DNA from: Paramoeba atlantica
Lineage: Eukaryota > Protista > Discosea
Length of the DNA stretch: 64,000 nt
Reading direction: 5' to 3'
Assembly (NCBI GenBank): GCA_977017575.1
Contig: CDRNVI010000007.1
Span: forward strand, 124,001-188,000
Below are positions 30,683-41,287 of this stretch, in pieces; the first letter of the stretch is position 1; every line of letters starts with the position of its first letter. The notes beneath the pieces are model-generated. The model ran no database searches and had not been told where the DNA came from. It saw only the letters and a program-made list of their open reading frames with translations. A program made the translations under genes and the position numbers.

Positions 30683-33220
30683 ATGACCCTGAACGCGGAT
30701 CTACAAGAGGATTTGGCTAGCATTTCAACTGCAAACATTGAAATATTGGACGTGGGAATATCCGACAGTTCAGAAGAGACACCTGAACAAATAATCATAA
30801 AACGGAAAATGCAGCTTAAGCGAGTGGAGCAGCATCAAAAAAAGGTTATGGTTGAAAAACAGGCTGAAATCCTTAGCGTAGTGTCCGGGGTTCAAAACAT
30901 GCTTGAAAAAATAAAATCTATTCGAAAGATTATCGTGAAATTTGGAAATCAACTGGAACACGTTAAACTCCTTACCTCACTTCAGAAGCAGATAGCAAAG
31001 CAAGCTGGTAGGCTAAATAATACACGACGAGTTATTGAAGTAATGCGAAATATAACTCGCTTAATTGATGCTACAGAAAAAGTAGAACGCAACATTCGTG
31101 AAAGGAAGTTCGCAGATGCAATTTCACTCCTTGAAAACTTTGAAGTTTCGCCTAATATTATGCGCTTGACATTTCTTACTGAAATTGCACAAAAATGGCA
31201 TCATATAACATCCGATTCGTTTCTTGATTCGCAAGTTGAAACCTCGATAATACCAGAAGATCTGCTGTTCGATTCCGATTTTCAAGAGGAAAGTATTCAA
31301 TCATGGTTCTGGCTATTGAGCAGACGAACAGGTTTTCATAGCAAAACGATCGCCGATGATTACGGAAAAAAATTGCACGCTTCCCTGAAAGCTGTTCTCA
31401 GAGATATAGAAAATGTTTCGTCCGACAGATCTTTCAAAGATCATAATTTAAAATTTTCTACTGAGCACACCTTTACGGTATGCAGTTCTGCAATTGAAAA
31501 ATATTTCCTAATTTTGAAATACGTTTCAGAACTAGTTCAGTGGTACGAGCATTATGATCCTAGAACACCAAAGTTTTTATCGGAGAAGAAGAAAGAATAC
31601 GAAATGTGCATATGCTCGCTACGCAAGTGCATCCAGATAAGTAAAAAACTTTATGTTCAAGAAGTGGTCACTGCTCTTTTACAAACTTACAAGAGCTGTG
31701 AACAAACATCTATTGATCCCATCAATTTACTTTTCCTAGGCTCGGCCGTGTTGTCATGTGTTGAATACGCCAAAGAGATTTCAGGGGTTGCACGTTCCTT
31801 TGTACTTGAAACTGAAACCATGTTACATTCGACATTCTATGAGAGAATTCACGTTCTTCACCAAGTAAGTTTATGGAGGGCTTTAGCTAACGAAAATTTT
31901 CAAAATATTCCACCAAGCAGTGTATTGGTCATACTGCCCGAAGCACTGGAACATTGGAAACTTCAGCAATTCAAAAACGACCTTCATAGGCGTATTAAAT
32001 CCAATCCACGATCTACCATTTTTTCCCTTTTAAAGATATTGGGTATCGAAAAGGAGCGAAAGAGGCGAGAAACGAAGAAACTGATTTGGACGAAATATAT
32101 TCCTGCAAGCTCAAGTGAAACTCAAGAAAATTTTGTTGTAGGTTTAAGTTGCTTGAGTAGTGCATTCGCAATCGGTACAACTTTGGCGCACTATATGTGC
32201 GATTGTGTTGGAAATTGTCCCTTTATTGCGAAAGGAGTTCTTTTGGGGGGTATGGAATTACTGTGTAGCACATTTTATTTTATACTGCACACGTGCTACG
32301 TGCGTAAGAAATCGAGTTCATTTCTTTTTTCGCCAATAAAGCAACGGTCTGTGGAGGAAGATACAGAACTTTCAAGTAGAGCTCGTAAGATCATAGTTCA
32401 TGCAAAAAAAGCAGCAAATATTTCGCTACCCTCAAGCCACAGCTTTCCGATGCGTGTCTGTAGGCAGACTGACTCTGCATTACGTTCTGAAGAAACGCAG
32501 TATGGTGTTGCTTATCGATTGAATGCTTTTTGCTCCCTTGACAACTCATTTGAAACGTGTTTTCATGTTCAACAGAATTTGATTGTCTTTGATTTTCCAG
32601 AATCTATAGATGCACACAACCTTCTTAAGGAAATGAGGCATGCGAAACAGGAAGTTCTAAACCTAGTGCTAAAGCGTATATGCATTTTAATGCTGCCCAA
32701 AAAACTATTTCGGGAAGAAGGCGCTGAATGTTTATACTTTAGGCGTGCGAGAGTAAAGCTGCACGACATTTGGAAACGTTGCACGGAGACGGAACGCAAA
32801 TTCCCTAATAAAGAATCACATCAACTCTTTCTTCGTTGCACTTTTCTTCATTTTTTCACATGCGTTTTAGATGGAGTAGTCAAGCAGAGGGGTACCCAAG
32901 TTGAGACCAGGGTCGTAGAAAGCCTTCTTGATGACGAAGAAAAGCTCATATACACGGAATTCAACTACACGATTCCAAGCGGAATTATGTTTTTTGCGAA
33001 GAATTACTTGTCAGCTGTACGATTAGATGCCAGAGGCATTCTAGAATGGGTGGAACAATGGCATCATTTGTACACCAAATCTCAGCTGCTTGCCATCCTT
33101 GCCTGCTGTTGTAATAAAACCGATGCTTTACATACTGTTGAATGGCAGACAACAAACATGAAAAGGATATTAAGCGAAGGCGGGCATCAAGATATATCAG
33201 TTTTTGATGTTTTTCTCTAA
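30683..33220 (+). CDS. VPS50/syndetin-like tethering complex subunit
   Basis: N-terminal coiled coil (Vps54_N-like) and C-terminal YLSAVRL...EWVEQWHHLYTKSQLLAIL resembling Syndetin_C; first in-frame ATG at 30683. Confidence 0.62.
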   Translation: MTLNADLQEDLASISTANIEILDVGISDSSEETPEQIIIKRKMQLKRVEQHQKKVMVEKQAEILSVVSGVQNMLEKIKSIRKIIVKFGNQLEHVKLLTSLQKQIAKQAGRLNNTRRVIEVMRNITRLIDATEKVERNIRERKFADAISLLENFEVSPNIMRLTFLTEIAQKWHHITSDSFLDSQVETSIIPEDLLFDSDFQEESIQSWFWLLSRRTGFHSKTIADDYGKKLHASLKAVLRDIENVSSDRSFKDHNLKFSTEHTFTVCSSAIEKYFLILKYVSELVQWYEHYDPRTPKFLSEKKKEYEMCICSLRKCIQISKKLYVQEVVTALLQTYKSCEQTSIDPINLLFLGSAVLSCVEYAKEISGVARSFVLETETMLHSTFYERIHVLHQVSLWRALANENFQNIPPSSVLVILPEALEHWKLQQFKNDLHRRIKSNPRSTIFSLLKILGIEKERKRRETKKLIWTKYIPASSSETQENFVVGLSCLSSAFAIGTTLAHYMCDCVGNCPFIAKGVLLGGMELLCSTFYFILHTCYVRKKSSSFLFSPIKQRSVEEDTELSSRARKIIVHAKKAANISLPSSHSFPMRVCRQTDSALRSEETQYGVAYRLNAFCSLDNSFETCFHVQQNLIVFDFPESIDAHNLLKEMRHAKQEVLNLVLKRICILMLPKKLFREEGAECLYFRRARVKLHDIWKRCTETERKFPNKESHQLFLRCTFLHFFTCVLDGVVKQRGTQVETRVVESLLDDEEKLIYTEFNYTIPSGIMFFAKNYLSAVRLDARGILEWVEQWHHLYTKSQLLAILACCCNKTDALHTVEWQTTNMKRILSEGGHQDISVFDVFL

Positions 33221-33348
33221 TAAAGTGGTGTTTCGCGACATGTCCCCCCTACATACCACCGATATGATATCGGTATGAAGTTTAGCTTGTACTAGGATAT
33301 AAATGGTACATATCCTGTGTGAATTAAACTACTTGCATACAATATTCA

Positions 33349-34024
33349 TTATTCAATATCTGGACGTTTAAGACTAAAATAATCGTAGAACAACACGTTA
33401 CCATGGAATTTCCGTCTTTGATCATTAATATGTTTAGCATCGTTCTTTGTACTAGACAGGGAATTCTTTTTCTTATTCTGGCATACAGGACTACCACTTT
33501 TGTGCCCTACCTGACCTCCGCAAGTGAAACAAAACGTTTTGATTCTGCACGCGGCCGCAAAATGACCAACAAGTCCGCTGTTATAACATCGATTTTCGCG
33601 CAGGCGCTTTCGTTGGGGCAAACCCGACCCGAATGAATTATTCTTGAGTAGTGTTTTCTTTACTCAGTAAAGCAAGCCTCAGTAATACTGAGGCAGTGTG
33701 CGAATGTTCTTCTAAATATATTTTACCTGCAGCTGAGCGCAGACGAGCTGTTGCTGCCATTACTTTACTTCCTTGTTCAATCGCTGAGCGAAGTGCTAAC
33801 GCTGCCTCGTCTCCATCAAGCACCGTCTCGTTCGCGCTGATGGCAGTAAAGTCTACTTGGGCGCCACGATTTTTTGCCAGCTGTGTTAAAACAACAGCAG
33901 CCACCCTTTTCAATAGGTTCCACACCATGCGATGCACCCTTAGTTCCATATATTTTTGTGGGAGTGGTCCTGGTCCTTCAAGAGTGATCACTTGGAACAG
34001 CTCACCGTCTGCTTCTTCAATCAA
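33349..34024 (-). pseudogene. Decayed gag/ORF1-like remnant with two CCHC zinc knuckles
   Basis: RCYNSGLVGHFAAAC and CFTCGGQVGHKSGSPVC, preceded by FIRVGF after a stop or frameshift; antisense to the gene cluster. Confidence 0.6.
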
Positions 34025-34371
34025 AATCTATTTTCTGTTGCATTGGACCCCCTGCAACTTAGTGTCTTTTTTGGGTCCATCCGGGTCCACTCGGGGCCAC
34101 AGTGGCCTACTAGGGGGCATGGTGGGCCACTGCTACTGATGCTTGTTGATCATTTTGTATGTCGTCATTTTGTTTGTCGTTTCACTAGTCGGAGGCTAAA
34201 TTCATGTTTTTTTAAGAAATCGAGCAATCCAACTTTCGCTTACGGCGGTAATGAAGCCATTCGAAGATTCAATGGGGTGTTCCTGAAGACAAAGGTTCGC
34301 TTCGTTGTACATAGACTCGAATGTTACTATCCTATGAGCGCTGCGTGCGCCTCGAATAAAAGCATCCACTA

Positions 34372-35073
34372 CAGAGGGGAAAAAGTTATGTCAACAAAAG
34401 TCGAGGCAACAAAAGTTGTGTCAACAACTTTAATGCTTAATGCGAAAACGTGGTGAGGAACAAAAGTATGTTAAAAAACAGAATGGTTCTTTACTTTTGG
34501 TAAAATGGGTGCATACTCGCTCTTTTCCCTTGGAGCGAAGGTCACTTGACCATCGAGAGTGCGGTTTCAGGGGTATTACATGACGCTCTAGCACTACTAT
34601 CTCACTGATGGAGGGGACAAAAGTTGTGGCAACATAAGTTGTGTCACCAAAAGTCGTGTTACACCCCAGCCAAAAAGTATTGTAATTTATTAGTATTGAC
34701 CACGAATTTTTGGTCGATACTAATAAATACAATACTTTTTGTCGATTTCCACGAGTTGCTACTGGCCTCCAAAAAGTTGGACATTATCATATCGGATCTG
34801 TGTAAACGTATAGTGAAGCATAAAAATAGGAGAGAAATCACTCAGCTTCTCTCGAGATGATCAAGTGGCCGCGTACTCAGAACTCATTATGCTAATTTCC
34901 TGAAAATTCGAAAAACAAAAAACTAAAGTTCAGGTCAAAACTCAAAAAAATGGTCGATACTAACAAATACAATACTTTTTCTGTCGGCCTTTTTTGTGAA
35001 CAATACTTTTTGGCGGGGGTGTAATCCCAAAAATTAACACGACTTTTGGTGAAACAACTTAATTTCCCCCCTG
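34372..35073. mobile_element. TA-flanked MITE with AAAAGTYGTGKCAAC subterminal repeats
   Basis: TA|CAGAGGGGAAAAAAGTTATGTCAACAAAAGTCG ... CGACTTTTGGTGAAACAACTTAATTTCCCCCCTG|TA. Confidence 0.65.
34662..35021. mobile_element. Nested 360-bp TA-flanked MITE
   Basis: TA|CACCCCAGCCAAAAAGTATTGT ... ACAATACTTTTTGGCGGGGGTG|TA, with internal inverted and direct copies of TGGTCGATACTAATAAATACAATACTTTTT. Confidence 0.78.
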
Positions 35074-35622
35074 TATACCTTTCAAATCTGAAAGCGGATG
35101 TTTTGTCCGCACCGAATGTCAATTCGGTGGTAAGATTTCATGAGACCTTCCGTCTTCGGCCTTTAATCGCGATACTCATCTCTACTGCGACGGTGGCTTA
35201 CGGCACCAACATTTGCTTTGTCGCTTTCAGAGCTTGGTTTGACGCTTTCTGCTTCAAGAACGCCGAATGTACTACTGCGTGATGCGATGCTCGGAGTTTC
35301 TGATGTAGCCTCCAAGGCAATCGAAACGGACGTTTCTTCTTATTCCCCAGCTTCTCCGAGGCGTGTGCTACCACTTCCCCTAACTCAATTTTGAAAATCA
35401 AATATATTTGTTTTTGCTAAAAATATCTTTATAATTTCACTGTTTTTGTTCACTTTTTTTCCATAATCGAGGGTAGAACGGTAGTTATACAACCACCACA
35501 ATAAGGTTTCATTATGAAGCTTTCATACCGCAATACACCATTGCCCCCTTCTTATGGGGTTTCAAGGAATATTCTCCTATGGAAATTCATATTTTTTTTT
35601 CGTGCTATCTACACTTTGCACT

Positions 35623-35919
35623 ATGAGTAGGTGCGTGCTTCCACTTCTACACGTATGCCAGAACTATTGCTCAACACGAAATGCGTACTGCAACTGTCGC
35701 AGGGCTTTTACAACTAAGAATAATGGGACTCGATCTCTTTATGCTCCAAACTACACGCCGTTAGCAAATCTTGACACGCCAAATAGCAATGATATAATTA
35801 GCAAATTGGCAAAATCTTTCGTGAAGTTGAGCTTAGTTGAACTCGCTGAATTTCATAGAGCAGTAGACAATCCGCGGTTATTGGAACACCTGAAGTCTTC
35901 TTCGCAGAAAAATACATAA
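35623..35919 (+). CDS. Short hypothetical protein, possibly with a bL12 N-terminal-like segment
   Basis: ISKLAKSFVKLSLVELAEF resembles the L7/L12 dimerisation helix; no C-terminal domain present. Confidence 0.3.
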   Translation: MSRCVLPLLHVCQNYCSTRNAYCNCRRAFTTKNNGTRSLYAPNYTPLANLDTPNSNDIISKLAKSFVKLSLVELAEFHRAVDNPRLLEHLKSSSQKNT

Positions 35920-36181
35920 TACACTTCTGATAATACAACTGTACATACTTCTGTATAAGCCCCCCGTATACATGTACATGTATGTACCGGTATGGTGTGT
36001 ACCTGTGTGTTGGCCAGTGCCGTAGTTTGTTTATAGATTTCGAAGTGTAGTATGAGAACCACGCAATAACTGTGTTTTTGGGCGTGAAGATTTACCGCGG
36101 CCGTGTGAACACGAAGTTGATTTATCTCAAAGCACTATAGAAATATTTTTCCACCCATTTTTTTTCCTTATTTTTAATAAG

Positions 36182-36757
36182 ATGTTGCGTCGAGAATCCT
36201 TGTGTCTTGGACAGTATCCTCTATACAGCCAAAAGGCTTTGCCGCTTACATCACGACGCAAGTGGTGGGGAAATTGGGGTTACAAACGTTTTATGCATCG
36301 GCCTACCATGACACAGGCTGTTGGACCTCATGTAAATATCATGAACGTAGACCGTGAATGGATGCATTACGCAATGGAGACAGGCGTACGCCAATGGGTG
36401 ATGTATCGCAGAGTCTCATGGGGGGCTTCTCATGACCGTGCCAAGGCGGATACAATATTTTATCGCTCGCGTCGCGCAAAGTTGCTTAATAGAAATTTCA
36501 ATGCATACATGCATTTTCGTATTCGCAAACTTCTTGAAGAGCAGGCTAAGCTCTCTAACAAATACGGTCAGGCTGCCGTAAATCAGGCATTAGGCTCAGA
36601 ACTTTCTGATCTAAAACAGAGCACTGAGAAAAAGAAATGGGAGAACATTCGCTTTCGGATCCAAAAGCTTCCACCCTCACGACCGGTGACGAAACATATC
36701 ATTACAATGAAACAAATTCACAATGACCGTTTTAACAAAATATTCCGACAATATTAA
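36182..36757 (+). CDS. Basic, probably mitochondrial protein (possible mitoribosomal, weakly bL20-like)
   Basis: MLRR transit-like start; Arg/Lys/aromatic-rich; YRSRRAK..RNFN...RI segment. Confidence 0.55.
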   Translation: MLRRESLCLGQYPLYSQKALPLTSRRKWWGNWGYKRFMHRPTMTQAVGPHVNIMNVDREWMHYAMETGVRQWVMYRRVSWGASHDRAKADTIFYRSRRAKLLNRNFNAYMHFRIRKLLEEQAKLSNKYGQAAVNQALGSELSDLKQSTEKKKWENIRFRIQKLPPSRPVTKHIITMKQIHNDRFNKIFRQY

Positions 36758-37411
36758 TGGCAAGAAGCACTTACTGTGTGTACACGTATCGTGAGACAGG
36801 ATTTATCAGTAACGGCAAGGAAAGTACTAATGCGCTTCGTTTGTGACTCCACCCTCAGCCAGACCTGGTCAATATGAAGCCTCATTCACCTCTATTGGCT
36901 CATACGAGCTGTGAAATCTTGTTGCTACCTGCCTCCCTCATCCTGTTCGTAATCATTCGAATCGGCGCGCTGAGGAACGATGGGGTAATACGACATAATG
37001 CGACGTTGCTGAGCATTATGCCGGATTTGGATCGCGCTCTCGACGCGTACGGCCAAAAGCAGGTTATGTGAAATGCTTTTTGCAGCCTCACATACTGCTT
37101 GATAGTCTAGGTCTTTTTTCTGCTATCTTTACGTTGTAGTGTTGACGGAAGTACCAACAGAAAAGTGAATTGTATCCTCAAAATTAGCAACACGAATTCC
37201 TTTTTTGCTCGCAATCAGGTTCTTACTGATTGGTCTTTCTCCCCATTGACTACTCAGTAATCTCTCGCATTTAAAGAAGTTGTAAACTTATAAAAGTTAA
37301 GTACATGTATTGTCGATACTTACTACTCTACTTAAAATGCAATACATACATAGTGTAGCATGTTTCATCAAAAAAGAAACGTTACATTCTACAGCGTATG
37401 AGCGTCTCGCT

Positions 37412-38770
37412 ATGAACGAAACAATTGAAAAAGCTCTCTTGGTTAGATTAGCACATGAACTGAAATGTCCTGTATGCACGAATGTGTTTTTAGATGCTCC
37501 ATATTGTTTTCTTTGCGGACATTCGTTTTGCAAGACGTGCGCCGATCGCTGCATAGATATCTCAGGGGAATGTCCGCTTTGTCGAATTAAAGTCACGCGG
37601 CGTTCCGTATGTGCAGTACCCTTGCTGGGAAATATTGCGAAAAGTATTCGTCACGAGGCAACGACCCACCTATGGACAGAACTTGCCACTCAATTTAACT
37701 TTTCACCAAACCCACGTGTTAGTGAGCAAGTATCTAAAAAGGAATCCATTTCCCGTTTTTCGTCGAACCTTTCTCTTCCTCCCACGGACCAGTTAAGTGC
37801 GCCGTCCTATCACTGTGAATGTGCACAGCGATCCTTATTTCAGATATACCCTAACAACGGTCTTCCAGACGACCCTTCAATGTTTTCTACAAGTTCTCAC
37901 ACGGGAAATATTTTGCTCATGTCTCAACAGGTAATGGGTTTAAAGGCGCGACAAGCATTTGAGCTGAAAGTTTCTTCAGAGGAAGATCAATCAGACGACG
38001 ATAAAAGGGATACAGACTTGCAAGGAACGAGTTTGTTAAGGAGCTCTTCCCCTTCCTTATTGACTCGTTCCCAAAAGGATAATGTCTTTCCATTAAATAA
38101 GGAAAATGAAGTGCAGGTTGATACAACTCGCGTAGACGAGCACAACATGGTTGAACGGGTAGAAACTTCGTCGGAGAATCACGCTAGGAACACTGTCCCC
38201 ACTTGCGCGCTCTGCCAAATTCGGTTTGAAAACCATGAGGAGTTCAATGCATTCTTTGAGAGACTTCAAGTGTTAGGTTGCTTGAAGCACGCTGTGTTGA
38301 ACTCTTCTTCTAAATCAACCCAAATAAGCATAGAATCGATATTCAGTAAGGTGGAAGGCCCATTTCACATAAAATTGAAGTCATCAATGGCAAAGAACGA
38401 ATTCCTCGCGGCTAGCACTCCGCCCAAAAAATATCACTCCGATTCTCACGTTACCATATTTAAACATAAGCTAGCTTGGAATACAAAAAGTGGATACGTA
38501 GATCTGTACGCACATCATTTTTGCCTTTTATGGTCGTCTCAAGTAGGTGTACGGAATGGGAATCTCACCAAATGTGAAAGAGCGCTTTCAAAGGGTTGTG
38601 TTACGAAATGTAAAGTGTGTGGTGAGTTTGGCGCTACTGCACGCTGCACGGTGAAAGGCTGTACAAAATATTTCCACGCAACATGCGCTCACTTCAGCAC
38701 CCAAGCAACATGTCTAACCGGTGAAAACAAATACGAATTAAAGTGTCTGTTACACGGAGAAAAATGCTAA
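37412..38770 (+). CDS. RING finger + extended PHD protein (BRCA1/BARD1- or G2E3/PHF7-like)
   Basis: C3HC4 RING CPVC...CGHSFCKTC...CPLC and ePHD CALC...HHFCLLWS...CKVC...GA...C...C...FHATC...CLLH; the start could also be ATG 37337. Confidence 0.78.
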   Translation: MNETIEKALLVRLAHELKCPVCTNVFLDAPYCFLCGHSFCKTCADRCIDISGECPLCRIKVTRRSVCAVPLLGNIAKSIRHEATTHLWTELATQFNFSPNPRVSEQVSKKESISRFSSNLSLPPTDQLSAPSYHCECAQRSLFQIYPNNGLPDDPSMFSTSSHTGNILLMSQQVMGLKARQAFELKVSSEEDQSDDDKRDTDLQGTSLLRSSSPSLLTRSQKDNVFPLNKENEVQVDTTRVDEHNMVERVETSSENHARNTVPTCALCQIRFENHEEFNAFFERLQVLGCLKHAVLNSSSKSTQISIESIFSKVEGPFHIKLKSSMAKNEFLAASTPPKKYHSDSHVTIFKHKLAWNTKSGYVDLYAHHFCLLWSSQVGVRNGNLTKCERALSKGCVTKCKVCGEFGATARCTVKGCTKYFHATCAHFSTQATCLTGENKYELKCLLHGEKC

Positions 38771-39231
38771 GAACACTATCTTTACTTGTAGAGAAACAAA
38801 GAATTGCTAGCATATCGTTCTGCGCACAGGTCCTACTCATTTCTGAAAGGAAATGTAGGCAGAAAACAGTAAATCTAGTATGTAATAGTTCAACTACACT
38901 TGGTCTGATAATAGAGTTTAACTACAACCGCTATGTATCACTGTTTAACTACAATGGGTACACAATGGATGTACACTGCTGGCGAACGATAGGTTGAGCT
39001 AAATAGGTTGAAGAGTTCACATTCGCTAACGAGTTAGGTCATCTTGCCTACTCTTGCTTGCTTGAGTATTTTTTAAATTTTGTCAGCATTTAGCGTGGCC
39101 CCTGACAAAAGAAACAAAGGGGCATATTTTCGTGCACCCGCCCTGGATTTGTAGTCTTCAAAATAAAACATAATGATGATGCTATTGAATAGTACAATAT
39201 ACATTCGATGATTCGACCGTTAAAAAATGTT

Positions 39232-40450
39232 GGTCAAAGTCAAGCATTATTTCACACTTTCAGAAAAATCTTATATTGACTGGTCATATTGACTTTTATA
39301 AAATTTATAGCACCTTAAACCTCTCTTCGAGTTATCTTAAACGCTAGCTTAAACTTATTCTAGAACGATTTCCACGTTCTCGCAATACCACTTCACGTCT
39401 TGAAACAGGCGACGGAGGGCATGACCGTCTTGTTCTCCTCTTTTCAGCTTGCCGTTTACAACTTCTCCGGCGAACTTCAGCCGGTTGTCTCGCGCTTCTA
39501 CTCCACTACCAAGTGTGCCGTTGCCCCGCATGCGGACTTCTTTTTTCAACATCCCGTTCATGCGCTCAGCAGTCTGAGTGTGCACCCCGGTGACAGGATC
39601 AACCCAGTGACGGCGATGGTTTACTGTTCCATGGTTGAGTCTGTTGCCCAAGGCATTGCTGCCTCTCCATCCATCCGTGTGAACAATGGTACGTTCGCTT
39701 GCGGCCAGTTCAAACACAGGGTCATTAGTCGAGGAACTACGGCGGTCTTCCAGCGTGCTTACAAATATCTGCTCAGCTTTCCGAGAACGAGAGGTCTGTG
39801 TCAGGACGTTTGCCCAGGTTGATCCCCCCTGGCGAATGCGGGCTGGTCGGTTATTACCCCCCCTTTTTGGCTTAGAAAAGCAAGTTTCGTCCTTCTGCAT
39901 GATAGTAACAGTGCCTCGTGCAGCTGCAGTTCGCATTTCATGAACGGAAGCAACAATACGTTCCAACTTTTTTGTCAATTCTGTGACAGTTTGACTACTT
40001 AAAAGTGTTTCCAGAGTCAATTGATCACGACCATTGCCGTTCGCCATACCATATAGAACTTGAAGAATTTGGCTTGGTGTTCGGCGACCGAAGGAACTTA
40101 AGAGTGGCTCCATGTGGTATGTACGACTCCGACACAAACGATCGGGGCAGACCCAATGATCGCCTTTCCGCACGCAAATGCGAGTTTCATGCCGCTTGCT
40201 ACAGCTGACGCTCTGGAAAACAAGTTTGTGGCCTTTCAACCACTCGACAATATCATTTTCGGGGGCGCGGGCGAGCACACTATAGCTAATACTGTCTGTA
40301 CATTGGAAATTGGGGCAAAACGAGCAATCCATCGAGAATAGTGTAGAAATATGCGAAAAATATCCTAAAAAACACTTGTAAGTAAAATATGATCAAATGA
40401 GAACATCAACAAAAGAGTTTTTTTTTGTGAAATAATGCTTGACTTTCACC
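39232..40450 (-). mobile_element. Intact Merlin/IS1595 DNA transposon (1219 bp)
   Basis: 25-bp TIRs with 1 mismatch (39232-39256 and 40426-40450), exact 8-bp TSD AAAATGTT (39224-39231 and 40451-40458) and an uninterrupted transposase ORF. Confidence 0.93.
39355..40332 (-). CDS. Merlin (ISXO2-like) DDE transposase, 325 aa
   Basis: N-terminal Cys/His zinc ribbon; KDETCF, VHTDGW and VNH..HWVDPVTGVHTQTAE catalytic motifs. Confidence 0.92.
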   Translation of the reverse strand: MDCSFCPNFQCTDSISYSVLARAPENDIVEWLKGHKLVFQSVSCSKRHETRICVRKGDHWVCPDRLCRSRTYHMEPLLSSFGRRTPSQILQVLYGMANGNGRDQLTLETLLSSQTVTELTKKLERIVASVHEMRTAAARGTVTIMQKDETCFSKPKRGGNNRPARIRQGGSTWANVLTQTSRSRKAEQIFVSTLEDRRSSSTNDPVFELAASERTIVHTDGWRGSNALGNRLNHGTVNHRRHWVDPVTGVHTQTAERMNGMLKKEVRMRGNGTLGSGVEARDNRLKFAGEVVNGKLKRGEQDGHALRRLFQDVKWYCENVEIVLE

Positions 40451-40502
40451 AAAATGTTTTAATAGTATTGCGTAGAATTTTATGTGGTAAAGATAAACTA
40501 TT

Positions 40503-40931
40503 ATGAGTGACGAAGAATATTCTAATCCTCGGGCCGCTGGCCATGAAGAGGAATCTTCTGAGCCAATGAGTGCTCATTCTGGTCCACCCACTACGGAGCC
40601 AAATACCGAGCAAATGCCTGGAGAGGACAGAAGCGGGCAAACACCCACTGTTAAGAGAGAAGCTTCGCCCACCGATTCCACTTATCAACTCTCTCTGAAA
40701 GTCGTCAACGCAGAGGGAGCTGAGGTTTTCTTTAAAATTCGTCGTCAGACGCAACTCCGAAAGCTGATGGATGCGTATTGCAAAAAGCAAGGAATGGCTC
40801 GTACATCCGTACGCTTTCTCTATGACGGGAATCTCATAGCCGAGGACAGCACACCAGAGGACTTGTCTATGGAAGACGATGACGTAATCGATGCCATGGT
40901 AGAACAGATAGGTGGGATGAACTACATGTAA
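40503..40931 (+). CDS. SMT3: SUMO
   Basis: LKVVNAEGAEVFFKIRRQTQLRKLMDAYC...FLYDG...MEDDDVIDAMVEQIGG followed by a 4-aa propeptide. Confidence 0.96.
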   Translation: MSDEEYSNPRAAGHEEESSEPMSAHSGPPTTEPNTEQMPGEDRSGQTPTVKREASPTDSTYQLSLKVVNAEGAEVFFKIRRQTQLRKLMDAYCKKQGMARTSVRFLYDGNLIAEDSTPEDLSMEDDDVIDAMVEQIGGMNYM

Positions 40932-41287
40932 CTTGAATAATTATTCCGTTACTTCGTCTCGATTATGGGCTACACCTGGAAGCATGCCTGGACTATGTGT
41001 TTTGATGTTCGTTTCTCGATAGATCGATCGGTAAACTGGATAACAGAGAACTGGAGACGGTGTCAAATGTAATAGTCTACTAAAAATAAGAATTCCTCAT
41101 GAATACGGATTTTTCTTAAAGTAGTTTAACGTGAAACTTAATGTGAAATTGTAATGCAAGGTTTTTCAAGATTTTTTCAAACATTTTTCACAAACATTAA
41201 GTCTTTGTATGTCTCCATAGAGTTTTTTTCTTCTGCAAAAGTCGTTTTTGAGCTTTCTTGTCTCACTTCTTAGGTGCCTTTTATCTT

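Noticed and set aside
34040-34140. Possible HDV-like ribozyme 5' of the gag-like remnant
   Set aside because: Stems exist (CAGTGGCC/GGCCACTG, TGGACCC/GGGTCCA), but there is no room for P3-L3 between P2 and P1 on either strand
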